A DNA stretch of 64,000 nucleotides, from assembly GCA_963770835.1 (NCBI GenBank), contig CAVYRH010000011.1, positions 96,001-160,000 of the forward strand, read 5' to 3'. The position numbers and the translations under genes are program-made. Below the pieces are notes generated by a model. It made no database searches, had not been told where the DNA came from, and was given only the letters and a program-made list of their open reading frames with translations. This stretch comes from an uncultured Pseudomonadota bacterium. Its GTDB lineage: Bacteria; Oederibacteriota; Muellerivitia; Muellerivitales; Muellerivitaceae. Shown here piece by piece: positions 1 to 9,858 of this stretch. The first letter of the stretch is position 1. Each line of letters starts with the position of its first letter.

Positions 1-234
1 CGCGAGGCCTTTGACAACAGGCACTATGCCGAGCGGCCAAGGGGGAAGTCGAACCTGTAAAGCCGCCGGAGGAGAGGTTGTCGGAAAGCCGTATGATCGA
101 AAAGGTCACGTACGGTTTGACGAGGGGGCGCTGGAAACGAAGTGATGAGGGAACCTCGTTGGGGCACGGAACCGGAAACGGGGAAACAGATCAAGGAACC
201 CTCTGCACACCATCGCGCCAGTGCTCTACTCTGC
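1..234 (+). mobile_element. 3' part of ORF-less group II intron (domain IV remnant, DV, DVI), cut by window edge
   Basis: Matches 14491-14724 and 16200-16433; DV AAGCCGTATGATCGAAAAGGTCACGTACGGTTT; ends CTCTACTCTGC. Confidence 0.9.
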
Positions 235-271
235 AAGGAAAATTGAAAACGGTTAAGCGCAAAGGAAGGGC

Positions 272-859
272 ATGACAGCAAAACGTAAAAATAGGAATCC
301 TGCCCCCCAAGTGGGTGGAAGCCCTCTTCGCGGTGGTAACCCAAAATCTGTGCACCTTGACCGAAAGGCCATCTGTTCGATCGACCACGAATGCACGGGT
401 TGCCCCACTGCCGCGAAAAGCTGCTGCGCCATGTTCGATGTCTGCGTGAGTGAAGCGGAATTAAACCGGATCATCCCGCTTTTGCCTGAAGCGGCCAAGC
501 TCTGTCCGCATCTCAAAACCGAAAATGGATACGCCAATGTCTTTGAGGAGGCGGAGAAGGGCCAATTTTCCCTCGATACGCATGAAAACGGCCTCTGCGT
601 CTTCGCGTTCAAGGCCAATGGATTGATCCGTTGTTCCTTGCACGCGGTCGAGGAGAACCTGGGACTGCCCAGGGGGACCGCAAAACCGGCGGTATGCATC
701 CTTTGGCCGCTGACATTTTCCGAGAAAGGCGATCTCTTGACCCTCCATGATAAGGCGCTGTCCTGTGAGTGCAGTTCCGTCAGAAAGAAACCGTCGGACC
801 GGATTTCCCCGGACTTACTGGAGACCATCCGGCATTTTGGTGTAGAGGCCTCAACCTAA
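272..859 (+). CDS. Cysteine-cluster protein (DUF3109/YkgJ-like)
   Basis: CxxC, CC, CVF, CSLH, KPAVCILWP motifs; GGAAGG before ATG. Confidence 0.65.
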   Translation: MTAKRKNRNPAPQVGGSPLRGGNPKSVHLDRKAICSIDHECTGCPTAAKSCCAMFDVCVSEAELNRIIPLLPEAAKLCPHLKTENGYANVFEEAEKGQFSLDTHENGLCVFAFKANGLIRCSLHAVEENLGLPRGTAKPAVCILWPLTFSEKGDLLTLHDKALSCECSSVRKKPSDRISPDLLETIRHFGVEAST

Positions 860-868
860 CTAAGAGGT

Positions 869-920
869 TGTACACGAAGGGGAGTCCCAAGCCCCTGGCT
901 TGGCGCAGTGGCTTTGGACA
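869..920 (+). repeat. 28-bp repeat variant with 24-bp hairpin insert
   Basis: TGTACACGAAG GGGA [GTCCCAAGCCCCTGGCTTGGCGCA] GT GGCTTTGGACA; same layout as 7318-7369. Confidence 0.75.
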
Positions 921-1265
921 GGTTGAAATCCCATCTATATCGGACAGGGCCGTCTTTGGGGTTTCAACACCTGGAAATCCGCCCCTCAACCATTGATTGA
1001 AAATGCGGCAGGAACTTTTAAAGGGTCCCCATGCCCCGCCCGCGCCCATAACCACCACATCGAAAATTTTCACGGGCCGCCTATTACCGGATTTACGAAA
1101 AACGTTTGCTTATTTCTTTGACCCGAAAAAAGCGTTAAAGCTCGAAACGCATATCGCGCGCCAATGGGCTCCACAGGAAAACGTGCCTACCTAATTTAAC
1201 TTTCCAAAGCTTCCAAAGCCGGCTGGCCCTTCCTTAAATGGAATCGAAGGACAAAGGAGGCGTCT

Positions 1266-1766
1266 ATGCTGACTCAAACCAAAAGCTGGTTGGTTTTGTT
1301 GTTGGTCTTAGGAGTGTTGTTGGTCCCGGTTTTTTCAAAAGCCGAACCGGTCTACAAGCCCACCTCCGACGGGGGAAACTTCGGGCTTGGCCTGGAACTG
1401 GGGGAACCCGGTTCCTGGGGCATTGACGGGAAGGTGTGGATCGACCGCGAGAACGCCTTTCAAGGCGCGGTCAAACTGCCGTCCGGTGCGGCTGTTTTGC
1501 AGCTGGATTATCTTTGGCACGACTTCAACCTCATCCACATGAAAAACACCGAGGGTGAATGGCCCTTTTATGTGGGTGTGGGCGGCGACTTGTCCCTTGA
1601 CAGCCCGGCGGCCCTGGGGGCCCGGGTGCCGGTGGGGATGTCGTACATCTTCGACAAGAGGAACGTGCCGGTGGATATCTACCTTCAACTGGTGCCGACC
1701 TTGTGGTTGACCGGTGACACAAGCTTCGACGTTTACGCGGAATTCGGCGCCCATTACTACTTTTAA
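1266..1766 (+). CDS. Secreted outer-membrane beta-barrel-like protein
   Basis: AGGAGG RBS, signal peptide, amphipathic strands, C-terminal HYYF. Confidence 0.7.
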   Translation: MLTQTKSWLVLLLVLGVLLVPVFSKAEPVYKPTSDGGNFGLGLELGEPGSWGIDGKVWIDRENAFQGAVKLPSGAAVLQLDYLWHDFNLIHMKNTEGEWPFYVGVGGDLSLDSPAALGARVPVGMSYIFDKRNVPVDIYLQLVPTLWLTGDTSFDVYAEFGAHYYF

Positions 1767-1789
1767 CAAGAAACGACAAGGAGGACGAA

Positions 1790-2074
1790 ATGAACGGGCA
1801 TGAATTGGTCTGGTACCTGATCGTCGGCCTTTTAACCGGCTGGATCTCCAGCCTCCTGGTCCAAGGGCGGGGCATGGGCATGGTCCGGGACACGGCCGTG
1901 GGCATTCTGGGGGCCCTTTTTGGGGGCTGGATGGCGAGGGAACTCGGCATTCCCATCGGCGGGTTTTTCAGCGCCTTGGCCATGGCCATCGTGGGATCGG
2001 TGCTTTTCCTGGTCGTCCTGAGGGCTTGGTTCTTTTCCCGGGGCCGGAAAGTCTGGGTGATCAAAACCAAGTAA
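1790..2074 (+). CDS. GlsB/YeaQ/YmgE family stress-response membrane protein
   Basis: LIVGLLTGW...VGILGALFGG pattern; GGAGG RBS. Confidence 0.8.
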   Translation: MNGHELVWYLIVGLLTGWISSLLVQGRGMGMVRDTAVGILGALFGGWMARELGIPIGGFFSALAMAIVGSVLFLVVLRAWFFSRGRKVWVIKTK

Positions 2075-2120
2075 CAAAATCCATCTAGCCCCTTGAAAAG
2101 GGGTCGGGAAGGGGGTTGTT

Positions 2121-2662
2121 ATGATAATAAGACTTTTGATTCTTGGTTTGGTGTGGCTGGGGCTGGCGGCCCAGCCCGGTTTCGGCCAAAGCCTCGGCCT
2201 GGAGGCAGGGGCTAATTTCGCGAACCTGAACGGCAAGGACGTCAACAACGTCGTAGCCTCCCGTTTGGGTATCGTCGGGGGCGGATTCCTCTATTTGCCC
2301 TTAAGCCCAAGCTTGGCTTTCCAGCCGGAGGTCCTTTACGCCCAAAAGGGCGCGAAAACGGCCGACGGAACCACAACCTACCAGTTGGATTACGTGGAGA
2401 TCCCCGTGCTTTTGGAGATTTCCCTGGGCTTGCCGGTAGTCGCCCTGGAATCCTGTTGGGGCCGTCCTTTGACGCCAATGTGGCGTCCAGCGGCCTCTCC
2501 AACGTGGCCCCCGCGGATGTGGGGGTCATCGGGGGCGTTCAAGTCCATTTCGACCCCGTTCTTTTGAGCGGGCGCTACGAGCTGGGTTTGACCAACGTGA
2601 CATCGGACCGGAATTTACAAAACGGAACATTCACCTTCCTGGTGGGGCTGATGTTCCTTTAA
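2121..2662 (+). pseudogene. PorT-like outer-membrane beta-barrel, frameshifted near 2443
   Basis: GLEAGANF, FQPEVLYAQKG, LDYVEIP in one frame; GRYELGLT...FLVGLMFL in another. Confidence 0.7.
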
Positions 2663-2674
2663 AAACGACGAAGG

Positions 2675-2706
2675 GAACCGCCAAGGGCCTTTGTCCTTGG
2701 CGGTTC
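2675..2706. other. Intergenic stem-loop
   Basis: GAACCGCCAAGG...CCTTGGCGGTTC 12-bp inverted repeat, no U-tract on +. Confidence 0.55.
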
Positions 2707-2734
2707 AAAAGGTTTATGGCTTTGGGGAGGGAAT

Positions 2735-3433
2735 ATGGAAACAACCTCCGGTACGGTTGCAACCGAGCCTTTTCGTTTCTACGAATGCATCCTCATGGTG
2801 AGGCCCTTGGGGATAAGGGCGTTGAACCTGCGCGAATTCCTCTTCGCCTTGAAAAGCGTGGATACGGAATGCATCCATCACCACTTCCACCAGGCCTCGC
2901 TGAAACACCAGTTCGACATCGCCGACTACCCCAGCGATTTCGCCCAATGGGCCGCCCTGCTGCTGGAGGACGCCGCGCTGGGTGAAAAACTCGGCAACCT
3001 GAATCCCTACCACTTCGAAAGCCTGGACTTGCTGAAGGAAAACCTGCTGGAAATCGTGGAGGACCACCTTTTCGATTCACCTTTCGTGCCCTCGGCCAAA
3101 CCGGGAATGGAATTCCACTTTTGCTCCGACACGACCCTGGTGGTGGACACGGGCCGGGAAGTGCGGACCTTGAGCCAGTTCCGGCAGTCTCTGGAACACG
3201 TGGACAACAGCTCCCTTTACTACCATTTCTACGAATCCCGGTTCCGGCTGCCGGGCACCCACTCGGACGATTTTTCGAATTTTTTCGAGAAGTCCCTGGG
3301 CTTGGCCGGCCTGGCCCAGGCCGTGAGGTCCATGGAGATTTATTTCACCCGGCTTAAGGAAGTGCGGGCCGGCCTGATGAACCTGGTGGACCAGGAGCTG
3401 GGACGCAGTCAATCGAAGGAGGGGATGCCATGA
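2735..3433 (+). CDS. DUF5752-like protein associated with TreT
   Basis: Internal duplication (IHHHFH/SDFAQW and SLYYHF/DDFSNF); ATGA overlap with next gene. Confidence 0.7.
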   Translation: METTSGTVATEPFRFYECILMVRPLGIRALNLREFLFALKSVDTECIHHHFHQASLKHQFDIADYPSDFAQWAALLLEDAALGEKLGNLNPYHFESLDLLKENLLEIVEDHLFDSPFVPSAKPGMEFHFCSDTTLVVDTGREVRTLSQFRQSLEHVDNSSLYYHFYESRFRLPGTHSDDFSNFFEKSLGLAGLAQAVRSMEIYFTRLKEVRAGLMNLVDQELGRSQSKEGMP

Positions 3434-4680
3434 CCACCGCCACGGCCGTGAGAACTCCGGCTCCCAGCCTGGCCGAATACGAAAGGGTCATCGGAAAGCA
3501 GCGCATCGACCTCCTGCAACGCCTGGCCGGCCGCTTGAAAGGCAAGACCCTGACCCACGTGAATTCCACCAAGGAAGGGGGAGGGGTGGCGGAAATCCTC
3601 AACCGGGCCGTGCCGCTCTTGAACGACTTGGGAATCGCCACCGACTGGCAGGTGATCGAGGGAAACCCGGATTTCTTCAAGGCCACCAAGGCCTTCCACA
3701 ACGGCCTCCAGGGCAACGAGGTGGCCTTGAGCCCCCGGATGCGGGAGGCCTACCTGGCGGTGAACGAAGAAAACGTGAAAAGGCTCCGGCTGGAAGCGGA
3801 CGTGGTTTTTATCCACGACCCCCAGCCGGCGGCCCTGATTCAACATGCCCGTAACCGGGGCAAATGGCTGTGGCGCTGCCATATCGACGCCAGCCGCCCC
3901 AACCGCGGCGTTTGGAAGTTCCTGCGGCAGTTCGTCGTCCGGTACGACGCCTCAGTGTTTTCCATGCCGGCCTTCGCCCAAAGCCTGCCGCACCCGCAGT
4001 ACATCGTCCATCCTTCCATCGACCCCTTGAGCGATAAAAACCGGGATTTAACGGAAGTGGAAATCCAGGTGGTCCTGGACCGGCTGGAGATTCCCCGGGA
4101 TAAGCCGATCATCCTGCAGGTCTCGCGGTTCGACCGGTTCAAGGACCCCCTGGGGGTGGTGAAGGCCTTCCAGATGGTGCGCCAAAGCCGCCCCTGCCGG
4201 CTGGTCCTGGCCGGCGGCGGCGCCAGCGACGACCCGGAGGGATTGGAGGTGCTGGCCGAGGTGAAAAGCGCGGCCGGCAACGACCCCGATATCCACATCC
4301 TGCTGCTTCCCTCGGACAGCCACCTGGAAATCAACGCCCTGCAAAGGGCGGCCAACGTGGTGGTGCAAAAGTCGCTCAAGGAGGGTTTTGGGCTGACCGT
4401 GACGGAAGCCCTGTGGAAAGGAAAGCCCGTGGTAGGGGGCGCCACGGGGGGAATCACCCTGCAGGTGCACAACTACCACACGGGCTTCCTGGTGCATTCA
4501 GCCGAGGGCGCGGCCTACCGCATCCGCTACCTGCTGAGCCGCCCGGAGGACGGGCTTCGGATGGGGAAAACGGCCCGCGAGTTCGTGCGGGACCACTTCC
4601 TGATCACCCGGCAGGTGCAGGATTACATGGCCTTAATGCTGATCCTGCTGTCGGGCGAAACGCGGGAGATTTTCATTTGA
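3430..4680 (+). CDS. treT: Trehalose synthase, GT4 glycosyltransferase
   Basis: HVNST..GGGVAEIL, IHDPQP, WRCHID, QVSRFDRFKDP, EGFGLTVTEALWK. Confidence 0.85.
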   Translation: MTTATAVRTPAPSLAEYERVIGKQRIDLLQRLAGRLKGKTLTHVNSTKEGGGVAEILNRAVPLLNDLGIATDWQVIEGNPDFFKATKAFHNGLQGNEVALSPRMREAYLAVNEENVKRLRLEADVVFIHDPQPAALIQHARNRGKWLWRCHIDASRPNRGVWKFLRQFVVRYDASVFSMPAFAQSLPHPQYIVHPSIDPLSDKNRDLTEVEIQVVLDRLEIPRDKPIILQVSRFDRFKDPLGVVKAFQMVRQSRPCRLVLAGGGASDDPEGLEVLAEVKSAAGNDPDIHILLLPSDSHLEINALQRAANVVVQKSLKEGFGLTVTEALWKGKPVVGGATGGITLQVHNYHTGFLVHSAEGAAYRIRYLLSRPEDGLRMGKTAREFVRDHFLITRQVQDYMALMLILLSGETREIFI

Positions 4681-6134
4681 AAACTCCGGTGCTGTCCAGG
4701 CCGGGGCTGGAGTTCCAGCCCCCCTCCATCGAAACCCGCCGACTCATCGTCGTCAGCAACCGGGAACCCTATGTCCTCAAGAAAACCGGCCGGACCTGGG
4801 CCTACCAAAGGACCATCGGCGGCTTGGTCTCGGCCCTGGACCTGGTGCTTCGCGTCACGAAGGGAACCTGGGTTTCCTGGGGCGGCGCCCAGGGCTATTC
4901 CTTTTCCGGCGGCGGGGAAGACCAGCGCGAGGCCGCGGGCAAACCGCCCTACCGGCTGGCCTCGGTCAACCTGTCGGAAAAACAGGTCGAGCATTTTTAC
5001 GAGGGCTTCTCCAACGGCCAGCTCTGGCCCCTGTTCCATTCCTTCCTGGAGCGCTGCCGTTTCAACGGGGAGGATTGGCCTTATTACAAGCTGGTCAACC
5101 AAAAGTTCGCCGTGGCGGCGGAAAAACTGGCCCGGGCAGGGGACCTTCTTTGGATCCAGGACTATCACTTGTGCCTGGCGCCAGGGATGATCCGCGCCAA
5201 AAGGCCCCGGCAGAAGATCGGCTTTTTCTGCCACATCCCCTTTCCTCCCCCGGAGGTTTTCCGGGCCCTGCCCCGGCGCAAGGAACTGCTCCAGGGGCTG
5301 CTGGGTTCCACCCTGATCGGCTTCCAGGGCCTCCGGGCCCGGAACAACTTCCTGGAGTGCGTGGCCGAAATCCTCCCGGAGGAGGCCCAGGTGCGTAACA
5401 ACACGGTTTTCCTGGGGGACCATGACTGCCGCGTGATAGCCTGCCCCATCGGCATTGACTTCGTTTTCTACAAGTCCCTGGCCGAATCCCGCGCCGCGGA
5501 GGAGAAGGCCCTGGCCTTGAAGAAAGAGGTCAACTGCCGCTTCATCGGCCTGGGCGTGGACCGGCAGGATTACACCAAGGGCATCCTGCAGAGGCTCCTG
5601 GCCATCGAGCGGCTTTTGGAGGACCATCCGGCCTACCGGAAAGAGCTGGTCTTCCTCCAAGTGATGGTTCCCAGCCGGGCCCATTTGCCCGAGTACAAGG
5701 CCCTGAAGGCGGAAATCGAGCTGGCCGTGGGCCGCATCAACGGCAAGTTCCAGGACCGGACCTGGAGCCCGATCCTTTATTACTACAAGGGATTCACGCC
5801 CAACGAGCTGGCGGCTTTTTACCGCCTGGCGGATTTCGCGCTCGTCACCCCCTTGAGGGACGGCATGAACCTGGTTTCCAAGGAATACGCGGCCTGCAGC
5901 GTGAAAAACGCGGGATCGCTCATCCTTTCCGAGTTCACCGGCGCCGCCGAACAACTGAAGGAGGCCTGGCTGGTCAATCCCTACGACATTGGGCAGGTGG
6001 CGGATACGATCCACCAAGTCCTGAACCTGCCCCGGGACGAAGTGGAGCGCCGCATGTCGAGCCTGCGCTACCGCATCCACCAGCAGGACATCCATTGGTG
6101 GGTGGAAACTTTCTTGAGGGAATTATTGGCCTAA
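4677..6134 (+). CDS. otsA: Trehalose-6-phosphate synthase (GT20)
   Basis: VVSNR, GGLVSAL, LWPLFH, WIQDYHL, HIPFP, DYTKG, DGMNLV, LILSEF; in-frame TTG overlaps treT stop. Confidence 0.88.
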   Translation: MKTPVLSRPGLEFQPPSIETRRLIVVSNREPYVLKKTGRTWAYQRTIGGLVSALDLVLRVTKGTWVSWGGAQGYSFSGGGEDQREAAGKPPYRLASVNLSEKQVEHFYEGFSNGQLWPLFHSFLERCRFNGEDWPYYKLVNQKFAVAAEKLARAGDLLWIQDYHLCLAPGMIRAKRPRQKIGFFCHIPFPPPEVFRALPRRKELLQGLLGSTLIGFQGLRARNNFLECVAEILPEEAQVRNNTVFLGDHDCRVIACPIGIDFVFYKSLAESRAAEEKALALKKEVNCRFIGLGVDRQDYTKGILQRLLAIERLLEDHPAYRKELVFLQVMVPSRAHLPEYKALKAEIELAVGRINGKFQDRTWSPILYYYKGFTPNELAAFYRLADFALVTPLRDGMNLVSKEYAACSVKNAGSLILSEFTGAAEQLKEAWLVNPYDIGQVADTIHQVLNLPRDEVERRMSSLRYRIHQQDIHWWVETFLRELLA

Positions 6135-6370
6135 ACCGCGGGCGGAAAGCCGGGCCGCCGCCAATTTTGACTGGACGGAAAATTGAAAGGGTGAACATCC
6201 CCTTGAGGGTTTTTTATTTCGCCAATTTCTTCGAACCTCCCCTTGTACCACCCCCAACGACCCGCCTATTGTTGATCTTAAGGGAAGAAAAAATAACGTT
6301 GTCCGGGTGACCCCGGTTCCTTTGGGGAGGGAAGGGGACCGCGGCTCGCCGGGAGAGGAAGGGAAAAGCC

Positions 6371-7147
6371 ATGGATAACTCAGTGGAAGTCAAACTCCTT
6401 TTGGTCGATGACACGCCCGCCAACCTCGTCACCCTGGAAGCGGTGTTGGACCCGCTTCAGTATGGCATCGTGAAAGCCCGCTCGGGATTGGAAGCAATCG
6501 AAATCCTTAGAACCACCGACATCAGCCTGGTCCTTCTCGACGTCCAAATGCCCCAGTTGGACGGGTTTGAGACCGCCAGGCTTATCAAGGAAAGAATACC
6601 GGAGAAAAACGTCCCCATCATTTTCATGACAGCCATTTACAAGGAAGATCCCTACATCCACAAAGGCTATGAGGTGGGCGGCGTGGATTATTTTGGAAAG
6701 CCCTTCGACCCCCAGGTTTTAAAAGCCAAGGTCCGCCTTCACGCCGAGATGTACCGCCAGTCCAAGCTCCTCCAGCAAATGGAGAAAAAACTGGCGGAGG
6801 CGGACCGCAGGTACAAACTGCTGCTCGACAGCGTCTTGGACATCCTTTGCGTGACATCCCCGGATGGAACCCTGGTTTATTTAAACGGGGCTTTTGAGGA
6901 CCAATCGGGCCAAAAAACGGAGGAATGGGTTGGTAAGAACCTCTCCTCCCTGGTCCGTCCCAAAGACCTGAAGGAAGTCATGAGGTGCATTACGGAAACG
7001 GTGAATGAGCAAAAACGCCGTGTGATTAAAACGGCCATCTTGGAAGGGTCGGGCCGGTACCTTCCCGTTAAGCTCTATACCCGGCCCTTTGTCCCGGATG
7101 GGGAAATCGAGGGAGCCATTTGCGTGGCCCGCCGCGTTCCCGCGTGA
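6371..7147 (+). CDS. Response regulator, receiver + PAS
   Basis: LLVDD, LLDVQMP..DGFE, IFMTA, KPFD; C-terminal PAS-like segment. Confidence 0.85.
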   Translation: MDNSVEVKLLLVDDTPANLVTLEAVLDPLQYGIVKARSGLEAIEILRTTDISLVLLDVQMPQLDGFETARLIKERIPEKNVPIIFMTAIYKEDPYIHKGYEVGGVDYFGKPFDPQVLKAKVRLHAEMYRQSKLLQQMEKKLAEADRRYKLLLDSVLDILCVTSPDGTLVYLNGAFEDQSGQKTEEWVGKNLSSLVRPKDLKEVMRCITETVNEQKRRVIKTAILEGSGRYLPVKLYTRPFVPDGEIEGAICVARRVPA

Positions 7148-7152
7148 AGGGT

Positions 7153-7314
7153 ATGGAACAGGGCGAATCCTGCCAATGCCACGAATGCGGTCTTCACTAC
7201 CAAGACCCGGAAACCGCGAAAAAATGCGAAGAGTGGTGCAAAGCCAACCATAGCTGCAACCTGGAGATTACCAAGTTGTCGATTGAGCGGACCCTCAAGC
7301 GGAAACCGTCTTAA
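7153..7314 (+). CDS. Small Cys-rich (zinc-binding-like) protein
   Basis: CHECG...AKKCEEWC...SCNLEI; follows upstream stop closely. Confidence 0.55.
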   Translation: MEQGESCQCHECGLHYQDPETAKKCEEWCKANHSCNLEITKLSIERTLKRKPS

Positions 7315-7317
7315 GGG

Positions 7318-7369
7318 TGTCCGCGGCGGGGAGCACCAAGCCCCCGGCTTGGTGCGGTGGCATTGGACA
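7318..7369 (+). repeat. 28-bp repeat variant with 24-bp hairpin insert
   Basis: TGTCCGCGGCG GGGA [GCACCAAGCCCCCGGCTTGGTGCG] GT GGCATTGGACA. Confidence 0.75.
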
Positions 7370-7419
7370 AGTTGAAATCCCATTCCCGCGCCGGCAATGA
7401 TGGTGTCCAAGCCTTTCAA

Positions 7420-7520
7420 GGGCAAATCTTAGCTATCCCCAATCGCCCTCCTTGGTTATAAAATACCGCAAGTTTTCGGGGTTCCCTGTGAGCTGTTGAC
7501 CGTCAACTGTGAACCGGTGT
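7420..7520 (+). promoter_or_regulatory. Copy 1 of triplicated recN-type leader, putative promoter
   Basis: GGCAAATCTTAGCTATCCC...TTGG(T/C)TATAAAATACCGCAAGTTTTCGGG shared with 17040 and 19838. Confidence 0.65.
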
Positions 7521-7664
7521 TAAAGGCTCCGCGCCTTCCCGGTTTATGGAACGGTTTCTTTTCTCCATTTATTCCGGCAACAGCGATGGTGCGGTGCATA
7601 CATAAATAATAGGGTTACCGCGATTTTACGGATTCTTTTGTGTGATTCAAGAAAGGGAGGGGTC

Positions 7665-8924
7665 ATGGAAGAGCAAGGCGTAAAGTTGTACCCGTACCGA
7701 TGGGTGATGCTCGCGATCTTCATGCTGATCAACGTCATGGTGCAAGTGCTGTGGATCGGTTACGCGCCCATCGCGACGCTGGCGGCTAACGCTTACGGGG
7801 TGAAACGCGAGGACATCGACCTCCTGGCGAACATGTTCATGCTCATCTACATCGTCGTCGCGTTCCCGGCGGCATGGGCCATCGATACCTACGGTTTCAA
7901 GAAAGCCGTCGGGTTCGGCGCCCTGCTGATGGGGGCTTTCGGGCTGCTCCGCGCCTTGTTTCCCACGAATTACACGATGGCGGTCGTGGGATCGATCGGA
8001 ATATCGATCGGACAGCCCTTCCTTTTAAACGCCTTCACCAAATTGGCCGCGCTTTGGTTCCCGCAAAAACACAGGGCCACCATCACGGGCGTCATTTTCC
8101 TCGCCTTGTTTTTGGGCATCGGGCTCGGTGAAGTGCTGGGGCCGGGATTGGTTTCCGCCTGCGGTTTCGCCGGACTGCAGCTCATCTATGGCATCGCCTC
8201 GGCCGTGTCGGCCCTGTTGTTCGTCGCGCTGGCCCGGTCCGGGCCGCCGACGCCGGCGAGCCCCCCGGGGGAGGAGGTCCGCGCGCTGGTGCTGGACAGC
8301 CTAAGGCAGATCCTGAGAAACAAGAGCGTCTACATCCTCTCCCTCGCGCTGTTCCTCGCCAGCGGCATCGTGAACGGCGTGTTCACGCTCATCGACGGGC
8401 TCGACCCGGAGCTTTCGCTCACGGTCGACCAGGGCGTGCTGTTGACGGCCTTGTTGCTCCTCGGCGGGATCGTCGGCAGCATCGTGATCCCCGCGGTTTC
8501 GGACGCCTTAGGACGCCGGAAGCTGGTACTGGTCATCGCGGTTTTCCTGGCGGTGCCCTCCACGTTGGGCTTGGTGCTCGGGAGGGGCTTCGTCCTCGAG
8601 GTCATTTGCTTCTTTGTCATGGGCTTCGCGGTCACGGGCGTCACGCCGGTGGCCTATCAATACGGCGCCGAAATCACCTTTCCGGCCCCCGAGGGAACGA
8701 GCAACGGGGTTTTCGCCCTGGTCGTACAGGCGTCCGGCCTCCTGATCGTCCTGATGGACGCGTTACGGGGAACCTTCCATAACTCTTACATCCCATCCTT
8801 TGTCGGCCTCGCGGTGTTACTGGGGGGATCGGCTTTCCTCATGCTATCGCTCTCCGAGTCCCCGAAGATGGCCCGTCCATCGACAGCCACCGGGCCGGAA
8901 CCGGTATCGGACACAACACTGTAA
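7665..8924 (+). CDS. MFS transporter
   Basis: About 12 hydrophobic segments; IDTYGFK and SDALGRRK loop motifs; GGGAGG RBS. Confidence 0.9.
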   Translation: MEEQGVKLYPYRWVMLAIFMLINVMVQVLWIGYAPIATLAANAYGVKREDIDLLANMFMLIYIVVAFPAAWAIDTYGFKKAVGFGALLMGAFGLLRALFPTNYTMAVVGSIGISIGQPFLLNAFTKLAALWFPQKHRATITGVIFLALFLGIGLGEVLGPGLVSACGFAGLQLIYGIASAVSALLFVALARSGPPTPASPPGEEVRALVLDSLRQILRNKSVYILSLALFLASGIVNGVFTLIDGLDPELSLTVDQGVLLTALLLLGGIVGSIVIPAVSDALGRRKLVLVIAVFLAVPSTLGLVLGRGFVLEVICFFVMGFAVTGVTPVAYQYGAEITFPAPEGTSNGVFALVVQASGLLIVLMDALRGTFHNSYIPSFVGLAVLLGGSAFLMLSLSESPKMARPSTATGPEPVSDTTL

Positions 8925-8948
8925 CGAAACCCCATGGCGCGCCGGTGA

Positions 8949-9007
8949 TGGCCACGTCGAAGTATTTCGGTACGCTTTGCTTAATCAAGGCAAGCCCGGA
9001 TTGGGCG
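8949..9007 (+). repeat. Degenerate 28-bp repeat with internal insert
   Basis: TGGCCACGTCG ... CCCGGATTGGGCG resembles left and right arms; intergenic. Confidence 0.4.
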
Positions 9008-9049
9008 AAGAAACAGTAAATATTCGGCTGTCAAATGAGGGAGGCGCGA

Positions 9050-9370
9050 ATGTTTGAAAATCTGGATAAGTTTTTAAATAAGTTGTCGGATACGGATTGG
9101 GTATGGTGGCCGGTTTTGCGTTGGCGCCCCGCCCCCAAAAGTAATTTCACCACTTTGTTGGTTCTCAAAATACTGGCCAGCGCCGTGCCGGTGGGAGCCG
9201 TTGGATTGGCTTTGTTGGTCCTAATGGTGGAAAAACAACCGGAATGGTTGTCTTATTGGCTTGGCCTATCGGTGGCTTCTTTGTCCTTTTTTTTGGTTCT
9301 CGAATTTATGTTTGCTCCGGCATGGAACCGGCGAGCCGAAAAACTTCGTAAAGAAAAACGCCGGAAATGA
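9050..9370 (+). CDS. Hypothetical membrane protein (paralog at 26439)
   Basis: GGGAGG RBS; DWVWWP..WRPA and WNRRA motifs. Confidence 0.7.
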   Translation: MFENLDKFLNKLSDTDWVWWPVLRWRPAPKSNFTTLLVLKILASAVPVGAVGLALLVLMVEKQPEWLSYWLGLSVASLSFFLVLEFMFAPAWNRRAEKLRKEKRRK

Positions 9371-9382
9371 CTTGGGGAGCTT

Positions 9383-9474
9383 TGTCCACGACCTGTCTCC
9401 AGACCTATCCCCCGGAACTTTAGTGTAGGGGGAAGCTCGATGAGCGTAGGGAGTACGGGGACCCAGAGTGGACG
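9383..9474 (+). repeat. 28-bp repeat interrupted by 64-bp hairpin element
   Basis: TGTCCACGAC [9393-9456] G GGGACC CAGAGTGGACG. Confidence 0.75.
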
Positions 9475-9548
9475 ATAATTATTTGAACGTAGATATAAGA
9501 ATGGGATCGGGATTGGATCAGGGAAACCAATTAGAAATCGGGAACCGA

Positions 9549-9773
9549 ATGGATATAAGACTGGTGCTCGCAGGACTTGCAATAATACTAATGATACTTA
9601 TTCATTTATTCTTTATTGGCTTCGTACGAGGAGCAAACGCATTAGAATTTCCTCTTTTTACCAAAAAAGATAATCCAAATATGTTTTGGTTCTTTGTTTG
9701 TCTGATTTTTATTTTGCTTTCGGTTTTGATTATTTTATGTTGGAAGTCTATTTCCGTCATTCCGGCTCATTGA
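9549..9773 (+). CDS. Small hypothetical membrane protein
   Basis: Two TM segments around KKDNPNMFW; AT-rich; start uncertain. Confidence 0.55.
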   Translation: MDIRLVLAGLAIILMILIHLFFIGFVRGANALEFPLFTKKDNPNMFWFFVCLIFILLSVLIILCWKSISVIPAH

Positions 9774-9785
9774 TAATTTTCCGGT

Positions 9786-9813
9786 TGTCCGCGAAGGGGA
9801 CCCGGATTGGACA
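9786..9813 (+). repeat. 28-bp repeat
   Basis: TGTCCGCGAAG GGGACC CGGATTGGACA. Confidence 0.85.
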
Positions 9814-9858
9814 GGAAACACAACGCGGTTTTGAGATGTATTCAAGAAAAGGAAAATT

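Noticed and set aside
853..929. Canonical attC (ACCTAAC ... GTTGAAA)
   Set aside because: The boxes are not complementary and the pattern is absent from the other copies.
4413..4676. Long N-terminal extension of OtsA in the ORF track
   Set aside because: It overlaps treT; TTG 4677 coupled to the treT stop fits better.
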